Source of the DNA: Candidatus Nanoarchaeia archaeon
GTDB taxonomy: Archaea > Nanobdellota > Nanobdellia > Woesearchaeales > UBA583
Reading direction: 5' to 3'
Length of the DNA: 64,000 nucleotides
Assembly: GCA_050292425.1 (NCBI GenBank)
Contig: JBNKLP010000003.1
Coordinates: 7,419 to 71,418 of the forward strand
The translations under genes and the position numbers were made by a program. This document shows positions 1-9,053 of this stretch, piece by piece; position 1 is the first letter of the stretch, and every line of letters begins with the position of its first letter. The notes under the pieces are model-generated. The model was not told the origin of the DNA and made no database searches. It worked only from the letters and a program-made list of their open reading frames with translations.

Positions 1-423
1 TTTTCAACTCAAAAGTCTCAGTTAACAGAAATGCAATATTATGTAACTCAGGAGAATGGAACTGAAAAAGCATTTCAAAATGAATATTGGGACAATAAAA
101 AACAAGGAATTTATGTGGATGTAGTCTCAGGGGAACCTCTTTTTTCCTCAAAAGACAAATATGATTCAGGAACTGGATGGCCATCATTCACAAAGCCAAT
201 TGATGAGCAAAACATAGTTGAAATAGAGGATAACACTTTATTTACAAGAAGAACTGAAGTTAGAAGCTCAGATGCCAATTCTCATTTGGGTCATGTCTTC
301 AATGATGGACCCCAGAATTCTACTGGGCTTAGATACTGTATAAATTCAGCAGCTCTGAGATTTATTCCAAAAGAGGGTCTTGAAAAGGAAGGCTATGGTG
401 AATATTTGAAATTATTTTCATAA
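1..423 (+). CDS. msrB: peptide-methionine (R)-S-oxide reductase MsrB, 5'-truncated by window edge
   Basis: Frame is open from base 1 (..KSQLTE precedes the first Met). GTGWPSF and RYCINSAAL (catalytic Cys) SelR/MsrB motifs. No zinc CxxC pairs (..[11 protein letters not shown]..), so a zinc-free form. Confidence 0.9.
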   Translation, partial: FSTQKSQLTEMQYYVTQENGTEKAFQNEYWDNKKQGIYVDVVSGEPLFSSKDKYDSGTGWPSFTKPIDEQNIVEIEDNTLFTRRTEVRSSDANSHLGHVFNDGPQNSTGLRYCINSAALRFIPKEGLEKEGYGEYLKLFS

Positions 424-763
424 TCTGTTATATTTTTTCTAGTGACATCCTGTTACTCACCCACACTTTAAGGATAACTATATATACTTTCAATTCCCAA
501 AAAAATTAAGTTGATGAAGCAGAAATATAAGACTTCCTCACAAATATACATTAGAGGCATTTAGAAGATGATTTTAGCAAAAAACGAAAAAACACAAGAA
601 GAAATGACGGAAGAAGAGAAGAGAAATGAAAGATTTGTAAAAGGCATGCTAAATCGTATGAACCAAAAGAAATATATTTAAATAAGTAATTCTTTACATT
701 TACTACAATTGATATAAACACAAAGAGATTTTCTAAAAATCTTTATTGAGGTGCTATATACTT

Positions 764-2902
764 ATGTTTGATTATTTAACAATCGATAATTTTGACCTAA
801 CAGGAAAAAAAGTAGGAATCAGGATTGACACTAATTCTCCAATCATTGATGGTAAACTTGTAAAAACGAAACATCTTACTAGATCAATGAGAACAATAAA
901 CGATCTTGTAAAAAAAGGGGCAAAAGTGCTTATTTTAGGTCATCAAGGCAGAGAATCTGAAAAAAGCTGCATTTCCTTGAAAAAACACATTGAATTAATG
1001 GAAGAAGATCTTAATTTACCTATAAAATTCATACCTGAATTCAATCTTAAGAAAATTGAAGATAACCTAAATAGTAAAAGAGAAAATGTCTTACTATTAG
1101 AAAACATAAGGTTGACTCAAGATGAGGCAAATCCTCAAAAAGAGGAAAATTTTATACTCTCTCTGCAAGATATGCTTGATTATTACATACTTGAAAATTT
1201 TTCTTTAGTTCACAACAATCATGCATCTGTTGCTCATATTACTAAAATTCCTGTTCTTGCTGGAAGAGTTATGGAAAGAGAACTATCTCATCTAAGTAAG
1301 ATTGATGATTTAAAAAGACCTAAAGTATTTGTATTTGGAGGAGTCAAAGTAAAAGAAATACTTGAATTAATACAAATCTCATTAAAAAAAAATGATGTTG
1401 ACAAAATTCTCCTTTCTGGTGCTCTGGGAGAACTTGCACTAATTGCAAGAGGCTATAGTTTGGGTAAAAAGGAAAAATTCCTTAAAAAACACGATCTTCT
1501 ACAATACGTTGATGTAATGGGAGAATTAATCAAAGAAAATCCAGATGTTTTTATGTTTCCTTCTGATGTTGCAATATTTGATGGTGAAAACAGAGTTGAA
1601 ATAGATGTAAGAGATTTTGATTTGAATGAAGAAACCCTTAGCAAATATGAGATATCTGACATTGGCATGAAAACAGTAGACATTTATGAAACAGTACTTC
1701 AGGAAGCTGAGTCTATATATTTCAAAGGACCTGCAGGAAACTTTGAAAAAGAAGAATTTGAAAAAGGATCAAAAGAATTAATCCGGGCAATAGCAACTTC
1801 AAATGCATTCACATTTATGGGGGGAGGTCATTCAACTCTTGCTGCAAAAATGTTCAATATGATAAAGCAGTTCTCTTATGTTTCCTTGGCAGGAACTGCT
1901 CTTGTTGATTTCTTATGTGAAAAATCTCTTCCTGGACTTGAATGTTTGAAGCAAAGTTATGAAAAATTCCATAATGGACAATGTGATTTCATAGTAATAG
2001 GTTCAAATACTATGGATATAAAAACAGACATTCCTCAGAAACTCTCTCAAATGGAAATGGGAGAAAAAATAAAAGTTGAAGAAAACTTCAAATTCAATAC
2101 AGGAGGAGGAGGGGTAAATGTAAGTATTGCAATGAGCAAGATAGGTTCAAACATAGGTTATCTTGGTAAAATTTCAACAGAAAATAAGGAATTGTTAACT
2201 AAAACTCTTGAAGACAATTCAATAAGATTAATTCCTTCAAAAGAGACAAAAAGACCTTGTGCCAAGTCAATTCTTCTTCAAACTCAAGATAATGATAGAG
2301 TTATATTAACATACAGAGGTCACAACTCATATCTAAACATTGAAGACATAAATCTAGATGAACTTAAATCAAATAATTTTTACTTCACATCACTTAACGA
2401 TGAGGCTTTTGTTGCTGAAATTGAAATTGCAAAGCAGATAAAACAAAAAAATAAAAATGTCACTATCTGTTTTAACCCTTCATCACATGCAATCCAATCA
2501 GAAGAAAGAATAAAAGAATTAATTGCTCTCTCAGATGTTCTCATTTTCAACTTTGATGAGGCAAAAGAGCTTACAGGAGAAAGAGACATTGATGAATGTT
2601 TAGTAAAAGTTCACGAAATGGGCCCAAAACTAGTTGTAATTACCGATGGAATTCATGGAACTTATGCCTTTAACGGCAAAAAACAATATTTTCAACAGGC
2701 AAAAGAAGCTAAAAAGGTAGTTGATACTACAGGTGCTGGAGATTGCTTTGCAGCAACGTTCTTTTACTTCTATGCAAAAGGATATGGAACAAAATCGTCT
2801 CTATTCTATGCCGCTGTAAATGCTGCAAATCTAATTACTAAAGTGGGAACTCAGAACGGTTTGCTAACTTATAACGAATTAGTTAAGAAAAAGAGGATGT
2901 AA
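764..2902 (+). CDS. pgk: fusion protein: phosphoglycerate kinase (N-terminal ~405 aa) + pfkB/ribokinase-family kinase (C-terminal ~300 aa)
   Basis: PGK part: RIDTNSP, GHQGR, FMGGGHS, ..LPGLECL. pfkB part: IVIGSNTMDI, NTGGGGVNVSIA, DTTGAGDCF. Single uninterrupted frame. ATG 764 preferred over track TTG 746; GAGGTG Shine-Dalgarno-like at 748-753. Confidence 0.8.
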   Translation: MFDYLTIDNFDLTGKKVGIRIDTNSPIIDGKLVKTKHLTRSMRTINDLVKKGAKVLILGHQGRESEKSCISLKKHIELMEEDLNLPIKFIPEFNLKKIEDNLNSKRENVLLLENIRLTQDEANPQKEENFILSLQDMLDYYILENFSLVHNNHASVAHITKIPVLAGRVMERELSHLSKIDDLKRPKVFVFGGVKVKEILELIQISLKKNDVDKILLSGALGELALIARGYSLGKKEKFLKKHDLLQYVDVMGELIKENPDVFMFPSDVAIFDGENRVEIDVRDFDLNEETLSKYEISDIGMKTVDIYETVLQEAESIYFKGPAGNFEKEEFEKGSKELIRAIATSNAFTFMGGGHSTLAAKMFNMIKQFSYVSLAGTALVDFLCEKSLPGLECLKQSYEKFHNGQCDFIVIGSNTMDIKTDIPQKLSQMEMGEKIKVEENFKFNTGGGGVNVSIAMSKIGSNIGYLGKISTENKELLTKTLEDNSIRLIPSKETKRPCAKSILLQTQDNDRVILTYRGHNSYLNIEDINLDELKSNNFYFTSLNDEAFVAEIEIAKQIKQKNKNVTICFNPSSHAIQSEERIKELIALSDVLIFNFDEAKELTGERDIDECLVKVHEMGPKLVVITDGIHGTYAFNGKKQYFQQAKEAKKVVDTTGAGDCFAATFFYFYAKGYGTKSSLFYAAVNAANLITKVGTQNGLLTYNELVKKKRM

Positions 2903-2928
2903 TTTTCCACTTTTTTCTACAACAAATA

Positions 2929-2936
2929 TTTATAAA
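2929..2936 (+). promoter_or_regulatory. TATA box TTTATAAA for scpB
   Basis: Exact TTTATAAA, 26 nt from ATG 2962. Confidence 0.55.
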
Positions 2937-2961
2937 TTCTTTCACTCAAACTTAACTTAGG

Positions 2962-3573
2962 ATGACAGATAAAAAAGAAAATTTTGAGGCAGCAAAAACA
3001 AAAGTTGAGGCAATTCTATTTTCATATGGAGACTTTCTATCTCCAAAAGAGATAATGGAAACACTCTCTCTTGACTCAGAAACTATTGTAAAAAACATTC
3101 TAAAAGAGCTTAAAGATAAATTCAAGGAAGGCTATTCATTTCAAGTAGAAGAAAATGACAATGGAAAATGGAGGATGGTTCTAAAAGAGGATTATGACGA
3201 ATTAGTTTCAGATCTTATTTCTGGAATAGAAATTCCACCCAACGTTCTAAAAGTTCTCTCAGTAATTGCCTATGAGCAACCAGTAACAAAAACTAGACTC
3301 TCTGAAATCTTGGGAAGATCGGTAAAGCCAGAAGTAAATTATCTTTATAGAAACAAATTTCTCTCATATGAAAAAGTTGGAGTTGGAAAATATTACAGGG
3401 TAACCAAGAAATTCTTTGATTACTTCAAATTAGAGGAAGACACTGATTTTAGAAAGGAAGCTGAAAAATCAATAAAAAATTTCCTTGAAGAGCCTCTGAC
3501 AACAGATGAAATTAATAAAATGAAATCTGAAGAAGAGAAGAAAAACGAAGAAATTTTCTCTGAAAATCAATAA
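2962..3573 (+). CDS. scpB: segregation and condensation protein B (ScpB)
   Basis: EAILFSYGDFLSPKEI and LSVIAYEQPVTKTRLSEILG winged-helix pair typical of ScpB; acidic/Lys-rich tail. Confidence 0.8.
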   Translation: MTDKKENFEAAKTKVEAILFSYGDFLSPKEIMETLSLDSETIVKNILKELKDKFKEGYSFQVEENDNGKWRMVLKEDYDELVSDLISGIEIPPNVLKVLSVIAYEQPVTKTRLSEILGRSVKPEVNYLYRNKFLSYEKVGVGKYYRVTKKFFDYFKLEEDTDFRKEAEKSIKNFLEEPLTTDEINKMKSEEEKKNEEIFSENQ

Positions 3574-3691
3574 TCTTTTTCTTCAATTTCAAAGTATTGG
3601 CTCCTACTTCCCAGGGAAAACACTTATTTTAATACTAGAAAATTTGGAATTTTACTAACAAAACTCAAGTAGTTTTATTAAGGTGTAAAAA

Positions 3692-4765
3692 ATGGACTTT
3701 TTAGTAAAGAACGCTCTGCAAAATATGTCTGATGAAAGCGTAGATCAATACGAAGTAGGACAGGCAAGAATGACCGTAGTAGGTTGTGGTGGAGCTGGTC
3801 AAAACATGGTTGACTGGCTATACAGCAAAGGTGTAAATGGTGCACAGATTGTTGCTGTAAATACTGATCTTCAGGATCTTAAGCTAAAGAATGCTGACAA
3901 GAAAATTCTTGTTGGTAAGGAAGTAACAAGAGGTCTTGGAGCAGGTGGTAACCCTCAGAGAGGAGAAGAAGCTGCAAAGGAGAGTATAGCTGAGATTAAG
4001 GAAGCTCTTCAGGGATCAGACATGGTTTTTGTATGTGCGGGAATGGGAGGAGGTACTGGAACTGGTACAGCTGCTATTGTTGCTAAAGTTGCAAAGGACA
4101 TGGGAGCTATTGTAATTGGAGTGACAACAATGCCATTTTCAATTGAGAGAGCAAGAATTGATAAAGCAGAGTATGGTCTTCAGAAACTTAGAGGAGTTGC
4201 AGACACAGTAGTTGTAATTGATAACAATAGATTAGTAAAAATTGCAGGAAACTTGCCAGTTAAGCAGGCTTTCGCAGTAGCAAACGAGTTAGTTTCAGTT
4301 ATGATTAAGGGAATTGTAGAAATTATTTCAACACCATCACTAGTAAATTTGGACTTTGCTGATGTAAAGGCAATTATGTCATCAGGTGGAGTATCAACAG
4401 TAGGTATGGGAACTTCCGATACAAACAGAAGAGTTGAGGAATCAGTTGAAGAAGCTTTGGCTAATCCTCTTCTTGATATTTCATACGAAGGTGCAACAGG
4501 TGCTCTAATCCATATTACTGGAGGAGAGGATATGACACTTGAGGAAATTGATAGGGCAGGACAAATCATCACAGCTTCACTTCACCAGGATGCAAATGTA
4601 ATCTGGGGAGCTAGAGTTGATGAATCACACTCTAAAAGAATTACTGTAATGACTATTCTTACAGGAGTTCAATCACCTCACATCCTAGGTCATGAGACTA
4701 AGGAAGAAAAAATCGAAGGAACTCAAAAAGTTACTTCTGATTTAGGAATTAAGACTGTTTACTAA
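3692..4765 (+). CDS. ftsZ: cell division GTPase FtsZ (paralog A)
   Basis: GCGGAGQN, tubulin signature [15 protein letters not shown] and DFADV motifs. AAGGTG Shine-Dalgarno-like ~10 nt upstream, with a 118-nt spacer. Confidence 0.95.
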   Translation: MDFLVKNALQNMSDESVDQYEVGQARMTVVGCGGAGQNMVDWLYSKGVNGAQIVAVNTDLQDLKLKNADKKILVGKEVTRGLGAGGNPQRGEEAAKESIAEIKEALQGSDMVFVCAGMGGGTGTGTAAIVAKVAKDMGAIVIGVTTMPFSIERARIDKAEYGLQKLRGVADTVVVIDNNRLVKIAGNLPVKQAFAVANELVSVMIKGIVEIISTPSLVNLDFADVKAIMSSGGVSTVGMGTSDTNRRVEESVEEALANPLLDISYEGATGALIHITGGEDMTLEEIDRAGQIITASLHQDANVIWGARVDESHSKRITVMTILTGVQSPHILGHETKEEKIEGTQKVTSDLGIKTVY

Positions 4766-4800
4766 ATAGTCTTTAAACACTTTTTTTATTTTAATTAAAA

Positions 4801-5541
4801 ATGGCATTTGAAGGTATAGTTATTTTCGCAATTGTTATCATAGTTTTATTCATTATTTCAGGAATAAAGCAGATAATGGAATATGAGAGAGGGCTAAAGT
4901 TTACTTTAGGGAGATTTTCTGGTAACATGACTCCGGGAATCAATATTGTTGTTCCAATTTTTCAGAGCTATGAAAGAGTTGATATAAGAGTTAAAACAGT
5001 TGATGTTCCAAAACAGGACTGTATTACAAAAGATAATGTTTCAGTAAATGTTGATGCTGTAACATATTACTATGTATTTGATGTTAAAAAAGCAATCCTT
5101 GATGTTGAGGATTTTTACTACGCTGTATCCCAACTAGCACAGACTACAATGAGAGATGTGGTTGGAGAAGTTACACTTGATGAACTACTTGCAAACAGAG
5201 ATGCAATCTCAAACAAAATCAAGACAATTATTGATAAGGGTACAGATGCTTGGGGTCTTAAGGTTGATAGAGTAGAGCTAAAACACATTGAGCTTCCAGA
5301 AAACATGAAAAGAATCATGGCAAGAGAAGCTGAAGCAGAGAGGGAAAAAAGAGGAATCATTATCAAGTCAGAGGGAGAAGTTGTTGCCTCGCAAAACCTT
5401 GCAAAAGCAGCTACAATGCTCCACAAATCACCAGGAGCTATGCAGCTAAGAAACTTGCAGACAATCAATGACATTTCATCAGATCCATCCCAGAAGTTCA
5501 TCTTCTTCCCTATGGAACTTACTGAAATCTTCAAGAAGTGA
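4801..5541 (+). CDS. SPFH/band-7 (stomatin-like) membrane protein
   Basis: N-terminal TM, then band-7 core (RVDIRVKTVDVPKQDCITKDNVSVNVDAV, MRDVVGEVTLDELL) and AREAEAEREKR coiled coil. Confidence 0.85.
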   Translation: MAFEGIVIFAIVIIVLFIISGIKQIMEYERGLKFTLGRFSGNMTPGINIVVPIFQSYERVDIRVKTVDVPKQDCITKDNVSVNVDAVTYYYVFDVKKAILDVEDFYYAVSQLAQTTMRDVVGEVTLDELLANRDAISNKIKTIIDKGTDAWGLKVDRVELKHIELPENMKRIMAREAEAEREKRGIIIKSEGEVVASQNLAKAATMLHKSPGAMQLRNLQTINDISSDPSQKFIFFPMELTEIFKK

Positions 5542-5560
5542 TAATTTACTTTTTTAATAA

Positions 5561-6154
5561 ATGGATAAAAATTACATTTCCTTTTTTGATTATTTGAGTA
5601 AGGATAAAATTTATTTTTTAGTTTTAATATTTTTCATTGGTTTTTCAATTTATTATTATGATTATTATAATTCAAATATTGAAGATATAAAAATATTTGT
5701 CAGTGGTTCTTATGATTTTTCAAATGATTTTAATCCATCAGAATTTGCGGAATATACTCTTCTTGAGGTTATTCTTTTTTTCTCTCTTTTGGTTTGGTAT
5801 TTGGTTAAGGCAGATAAAAGAAATAAGCCCGGAGGTAAATATTATGAAAAGCAGAAACTAAGAAACTTACAATGGCAATCTAAATCTGAATTCAATTTAG
5901 ATGAAAATGAATTGTATTCAATCAAATTTGATTCTGGAAAAATTAAATATGGTTTTTATGAATCATATTTTCAGATATTTTATGAGGGAGAAATATTAAG
6001 ATACAAATATGAGGACATAAAGGAAGTTAAATCTAATTTTAATTCGATAAATATTGAATTTAAAAACGAGGGTTTCTTTGCTCAAAATCTATTTGAATTA
6101 AATGAAAAAGAAATTCAAGAAATAAAAGAAATATTTGAAAGTAAAATAATTTAA
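5561..6154 (+). CDS. hypothetical 2-TM membrane protein with soluble C-terminal domain
   Basis: Two hydrophobic helices (IYFLVLIFFIGFSIYYY; LLEVILFFSLLVWYLV) followed by a ~110-aa beta-rich region. Lies 19 nt after the SPFH gene. No family recognised. Confidence 0.5.
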   Translation: MDKNYISFFDYLSKDKIYFLVLIFFIGFSIYYYDYYNSNIEDIKIFVSGSYDFSNDFNPSEFAEYTLLEVILFFSLLVWYLVKADKRNKPGGKYYEKQKLRNLQWQSKSEFNLDENELYSIKFDSGKIKYGFYESYFQIFYEGEILRYKYEDIKEVKSNFNSINIEFKNEGFFAQNLFELNEKEIQEIKEIFESKII

Positions 6155-6202
6155 TTACTTATTCCTCTTTGAAGCTTGTTCAAAGTGGTTAAAAATTAGT
6201 TT

Positions 6203-6790
6203 CTAATTTTTATTTCTTCCCCTATGTTCAATCTTCTCAAGCCGCTTCAAAATTTCCACTCCTCTATCTACTGACTTCAAATACTTATCAAGCAATTCGC
6301 CTTTGAACTTGAAATAATCAGGATGCTCATTTCTTATACATGTAAAAAACAAATTCAAATCAACTGCCTTATCTTCAATTTTTGTTGAAAACTCAGCCAA
6401 ACCAAAATCAATCACAAATACATCCGAACCTTTAGCAATCATATTCAATGTTGTCAGATCCCCATGAACTATGTCTAAAGAATGTATCTTTATAATCTCA
6501 TCAAATGCTTTGTCTAAAAGCTTCTTATCCAAAACTTCTTTCAACACATCTCCTTTAATCTTTGCCATCTCAAAACTAAACTCTTTATCTAGCAACTTCA
6601 AGGGCTCGGGGACTCTAACTTTTTCTTCAAACAACTTAGTCAAAACCTTAAATTCTCTTTTTGTTCTGTACTTTCTGAGCTTCACATCAATTTGCGGCAA
6701 TCTGTAAGTTTTTTCCAAACGAACTTTTTTCAACACATCTGAATTAACTTCAAAAATTTGTGCCTCAGCACCCTCAAAGAGTTTTTCCAT
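6203..6790 (-). CDS. bud32: Bud32 / Kae1-associated Ser/Thr kinase (KEOPS)
   Basis: GAEAQIF, HGDLTTLNM catalytic loop, VIDFGLAEF, DKAVDL. Track start is TTG 6835. ATG 6790 (MEKLFEGAEA) has TATAAAAATA at 6811-6820, 21 nt upstream. Confidence 0.8.
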   Translation of the reverse strand: MEKLFEGAEAQIFEVNSDVLKKVRLEKTYRLPQIDVKLRKYRTKREFKVLTKLFEEKVRVPEPLKLLDKEFSFEMAKIKGDVLKEVLDKKLLDKAFDEIIKIHSLDIVHGDLTTLNMIAKGSDVFVIDFGLAEFSTKIEDKAVDLNLFFTCIRNEHPDYFKFKGELLDKYLKSVDRGVEILKRLEKIEHRGRNKN

Positions 6791-6885
6791 AATTTTTAAT
6801 AATAAAGCTATATTTTTATAGTTTTCTTTATTCAAATTAAATTTGTTTAAGAAAAATTTATATACTTAAAATTAATTTTTTATTT

Positions 6886-7284
6886 ATGATTAGTACTTTA
6901 TTTAAAATTTTTTTTATCTCATTTTTAATAAATTTACTTTGGGAAGTTGTTCATAGTCAGCTATATACCACTTGTTTGAAAGCTCCTCTCAAGAAATATA
7001 TTTCGTTAATTATTGGTGCATCTCTAAAAGACGGTTTTTGGATATCTTTATTTTTTCTAATAAGTATTTTAATATTCAATAATGTAAATATTTTATTAAA
7101 TTATTACCAATTATTGTTTTTCATAATCTTAGCTTTGATATTTTCTTTTTATGTTGAGAAAATTTCTCTAAAAATGAATCGTTGGGAATATTCTAAGCAA
7201 ATGCCCCAATTATTCAATGTTGGAATAACTCCTTTAATTGAACTTGTAATAACTGGTGTTTTAACATTCTTTTATATTTTTTAA
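6886..7284 (+). CDS. hypothetical multi-pass membrane protein
   Basis: About 4 hydrophobic segments; ATTTATATAC about 22 nt upstream. No family recognised. Confidence 0.5.
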   Translation: MISTLFKIFFISFLINLLWEVVHSQLYTTCLKAPLKKYISLIIGASLKDGFWISLFFLISILIFNNVNILLNYYQLLFFIILALIFSFYVEKISLKMNRWEYSKQMPQLFNVGITPLIELVITGVLTFFYIF

Positions 7285-7309
7285 TCTCATAAGTTAGTTT
7301 TTCCATAAT

Positions 7310-7317
7310 TTTATAAA
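7310..7317 (+). promoter_or_regulatory. TATA box TTTATAAA
   Basis: Exact box, 22 nt from ATG 7339. Confidence 0.6.
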
Positions 7318-7338
7318 CTTTCAGTTTCCTAAGAATTT

Positions 7339-8676
7339 ATGTTAAAAAAATTTAATATTTTAATAATATTTCTACTTCTTTTTTCAGGTTGTTTAAATCA
7401 ATTTGAACAAGAAAAGATTTCAAATGAAAATAATCTTTATAATAAAACAAACACAAATGATGCTTTTGGTCTGCATGCTACATGGGATAGAGTAGATGAA
7501 GTAAACGATCTTAATGTTAATACTATACGAGGTTTTTATCATTTTACTGAACAGCAAAAACAAAAACTAGATGATATCTTAGAACTTTATCAATCACACA
7601 ATATTGATATTGTCATAACATTACAACCAGATAACGAACAATGGGGAAATAAAGTTATTACAAGAATAAAAGAAGAATATTCAAATCCAATTATTCCTGG
7701 TTTGATTACTGGATATCCCTCTGATATAGAAGCATACAAGAAAGATTTACGGATTTTGGTGGAAGGTTTGGATACAGATGGTATTGCAGACTTTTCTTCT
7801 GTGCAACATCCATTCAATTATTTTCAAGTTGATAATGAAGTATTTTGGGACTGGTATGGAAATCCTCCTGAAAATATAAGCAGTCTTAATTCTCTTATAA
7901 CTTGGCGAGAGAACCATCTTTTTGAGGTATATCAAAGTTACGGCACATTTTTGCAAATTACTTATGATACTATAAAAGATGTAAACCCAAATGCCAAAGT
8001 AATTCTTGGAGATATCTTCATTTCAGAGGAGAATGCATCAATTCCTGAACACGCTTCATTAATTTTAACAAATTATACGTCCAAATACGAGATATTAGAC
8101 TTCCACTTTTATGGCAATTCTTCATCACTTTCAACCAAGTTAAATACATTTAAGGAACTTAATCTGACTAATAAGTCTATTTGGGCGTTGGAGTTAGGAG
8201 GACCAATGCAAAAAACAAAATTTACTTCAGCAGATGAGGCAAAACATGCAACAGAACTCGTAAAAATGCATATGATTGCTTTCTCATGGGGAGTTGATAA
8301 AATATTTTGGAGCTCATTGATACAGACTCCGGGTTGGCCGCAAAGTTTCCTTAACACTGCACTCTTGCGTTCTAATTATGAAAAAAAACCTGCTTACTAT
8401 TCATATCAATTATTAAGCAAAAAATTAGGAAATATTTCCTCAATTGAGAAAATTAATGATGGTTTCTACAAATTTGTCAGCCCTTCAGGAAAGCTAACTA
8501 TTGTAGTCTGGAATACTAAAGATACTCAAGAAGTCTTAAACTTATCTTCTTTTTTTCCATCTCCGCAAGTTACTGTTACTCACATTATAACTCAAAAAGA
8601 AACAAATTCTCCTAAAATAGAAGTTATTTCAGCACAACATGTAAATATTGGAAATGATCCTATCTTTGTGGAATAG
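7339..8676 (+). CDS. secreted lipoprotein, clan GH-A-like glycoside hydrolase (tentative)
   Basis: Lipobox LLLFSG|C. DNEV (acid/base-like NE) and ALELGG (nucleophile-like Glu) about 118 aa apart, as in (beta/alpha)8 GH-A enzymes. Family not assignable by eye. Confidence 0.5.
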   Translation: MLKKFNILIIFLLLFSGCLNQFEQEKISNENNLYNKTNTNDAFGLHATWDRVDEVNDLNVNTIRGFYHFTEQQKQKLDDILELYQSHNIDIVITLQPDNEQWGNKVITRIKEEYSNPIIPGLITGYPSDIEAYKKDLRILVEGLDTDGIADFSSVQHPFNYFQVDNEVFWDWYGNPPENISSLNSLITWRENHLFEVYQSYGTFLQITYDTIKDVNPNAKVILGDIFISEENASIPEHASLILTNYTSKYEILDFHFYGNSSSLSTKLNTFKELNLTNKSIWALELGGPMQKTKFTSADEAKHATELVKMHMIAFSWGVDKIFWSSLIQTPGWPQSFLNTALLRSNYEKKPAYYSYQLLSKKLGNISSIEKINDGFYKFVSPSGKLTIVVWNTKDTQEVLNLSSFFPSPQVTVTHIITQKETNSPKIEVISAQHVNIGNDPIFVE

Positions 8677-8726
8677 ATAAGTATTTTTAATAAATCAATT
8701 TAGACTCCTTTTAATGATAAGATAAT

Positions 8727-8734
8727 TTTATAAA
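8727..8734 (+). promoter_or_regulatory. TATA box TTTATAAA
   Basis: Exact box, 22 nt from ATG 8756. Confidence 0.6.
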
Positions 8735-8755
8735 CTTTCAATTTTGGAATAAAAC

Positions 8756-9013
8756 ATGGCAAAAAAAAGTGGAATTTTTGAATCTCTTGAAGCAGAAGTG
8801 ATTCATGGCGCAGAAGAATACGTTAAGGACAAAGTAAAAAGAAAAGCAATGAAAATAGGAGAAATATCTATGTTCATCCTCTTAGGTTTTTTCCTTATAA
8901 GCATAGGACTTGCCTATTTAATTGGATATTACTTTTCATTCCTGAATAATGGATTAAACTTTCTAATACTTGGAGTAGTGTTTGTGATTGTAAGTTACAT
9001 TCTTAGCATGTGA
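8756..9013 (+). CDS. small 2-TM membrane protein
   Basis: Charged N-terminus then two long hydrophobic helices; canonical promoter spacing. Confidence 0.55.
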   Translation: MAKKSGIFESLEAEVIHGAEEYVKDKVKRKAMKIGEISMFILLGFFLISIGLAYLIGYYFSFLNNGLNFLILGVVFVIVSYILSM

Positions 9014-9053
9014 AGTTTTATAAATATCTTTTACTTCAGTTTTTTAGATAAAA

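Noticed and set aside
450-460. The 11-mer CTGTTACTCAC recurs at 450-460 and 13225-13235, both just after plus-strand stops. A variant, ATTACTCACC, occurs near 23826. Each copy is followed within 2-7 nt by ACAC.
   Set aside because: By rough expectation, a few chance 11-mer matches among about 6 kb of spacer are likely. There is no consistent secondary structure or flanking conservation.
512-575. TGATGA (C-box-like) at 512-517 and AGATGAT near 566, considered as a possible C/D-box sRNA.
   Set aside because: There are no CTGA D or D' boxes at appropriate spacing and no terminal stem.
568-681. 37-codon ORF (MILAKNEKTQEEMTEEEKRNERFVKGMLNRMNQKKYI) in the 340-nt msrB-pgk spacer.
   Set aside because: It has no recognisable family and only weak TATA-like sequences upstream. 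It may be real, but this cannot be supported from sequence alone. The 27-codon ORF at 24504-24587 has the same status.
4180-4572. Long antisense ORFs inside well-supported genes. Examples: 4180-4572 and 44199-44795 opposite the two ftsZ genes; 5118-5534 opposite SPFH; 54829-55257 and 54939-55241 opposite dus; 29336-29695, 34712-35011, 23092-23352 and 27702-27944.
   Set aside because: These are shadow frames of strongly conserved genes. Their compositions are low-complexity (Ser/Ile/Phe-rich), and they have no promoter boxes and no recognisable motifs.
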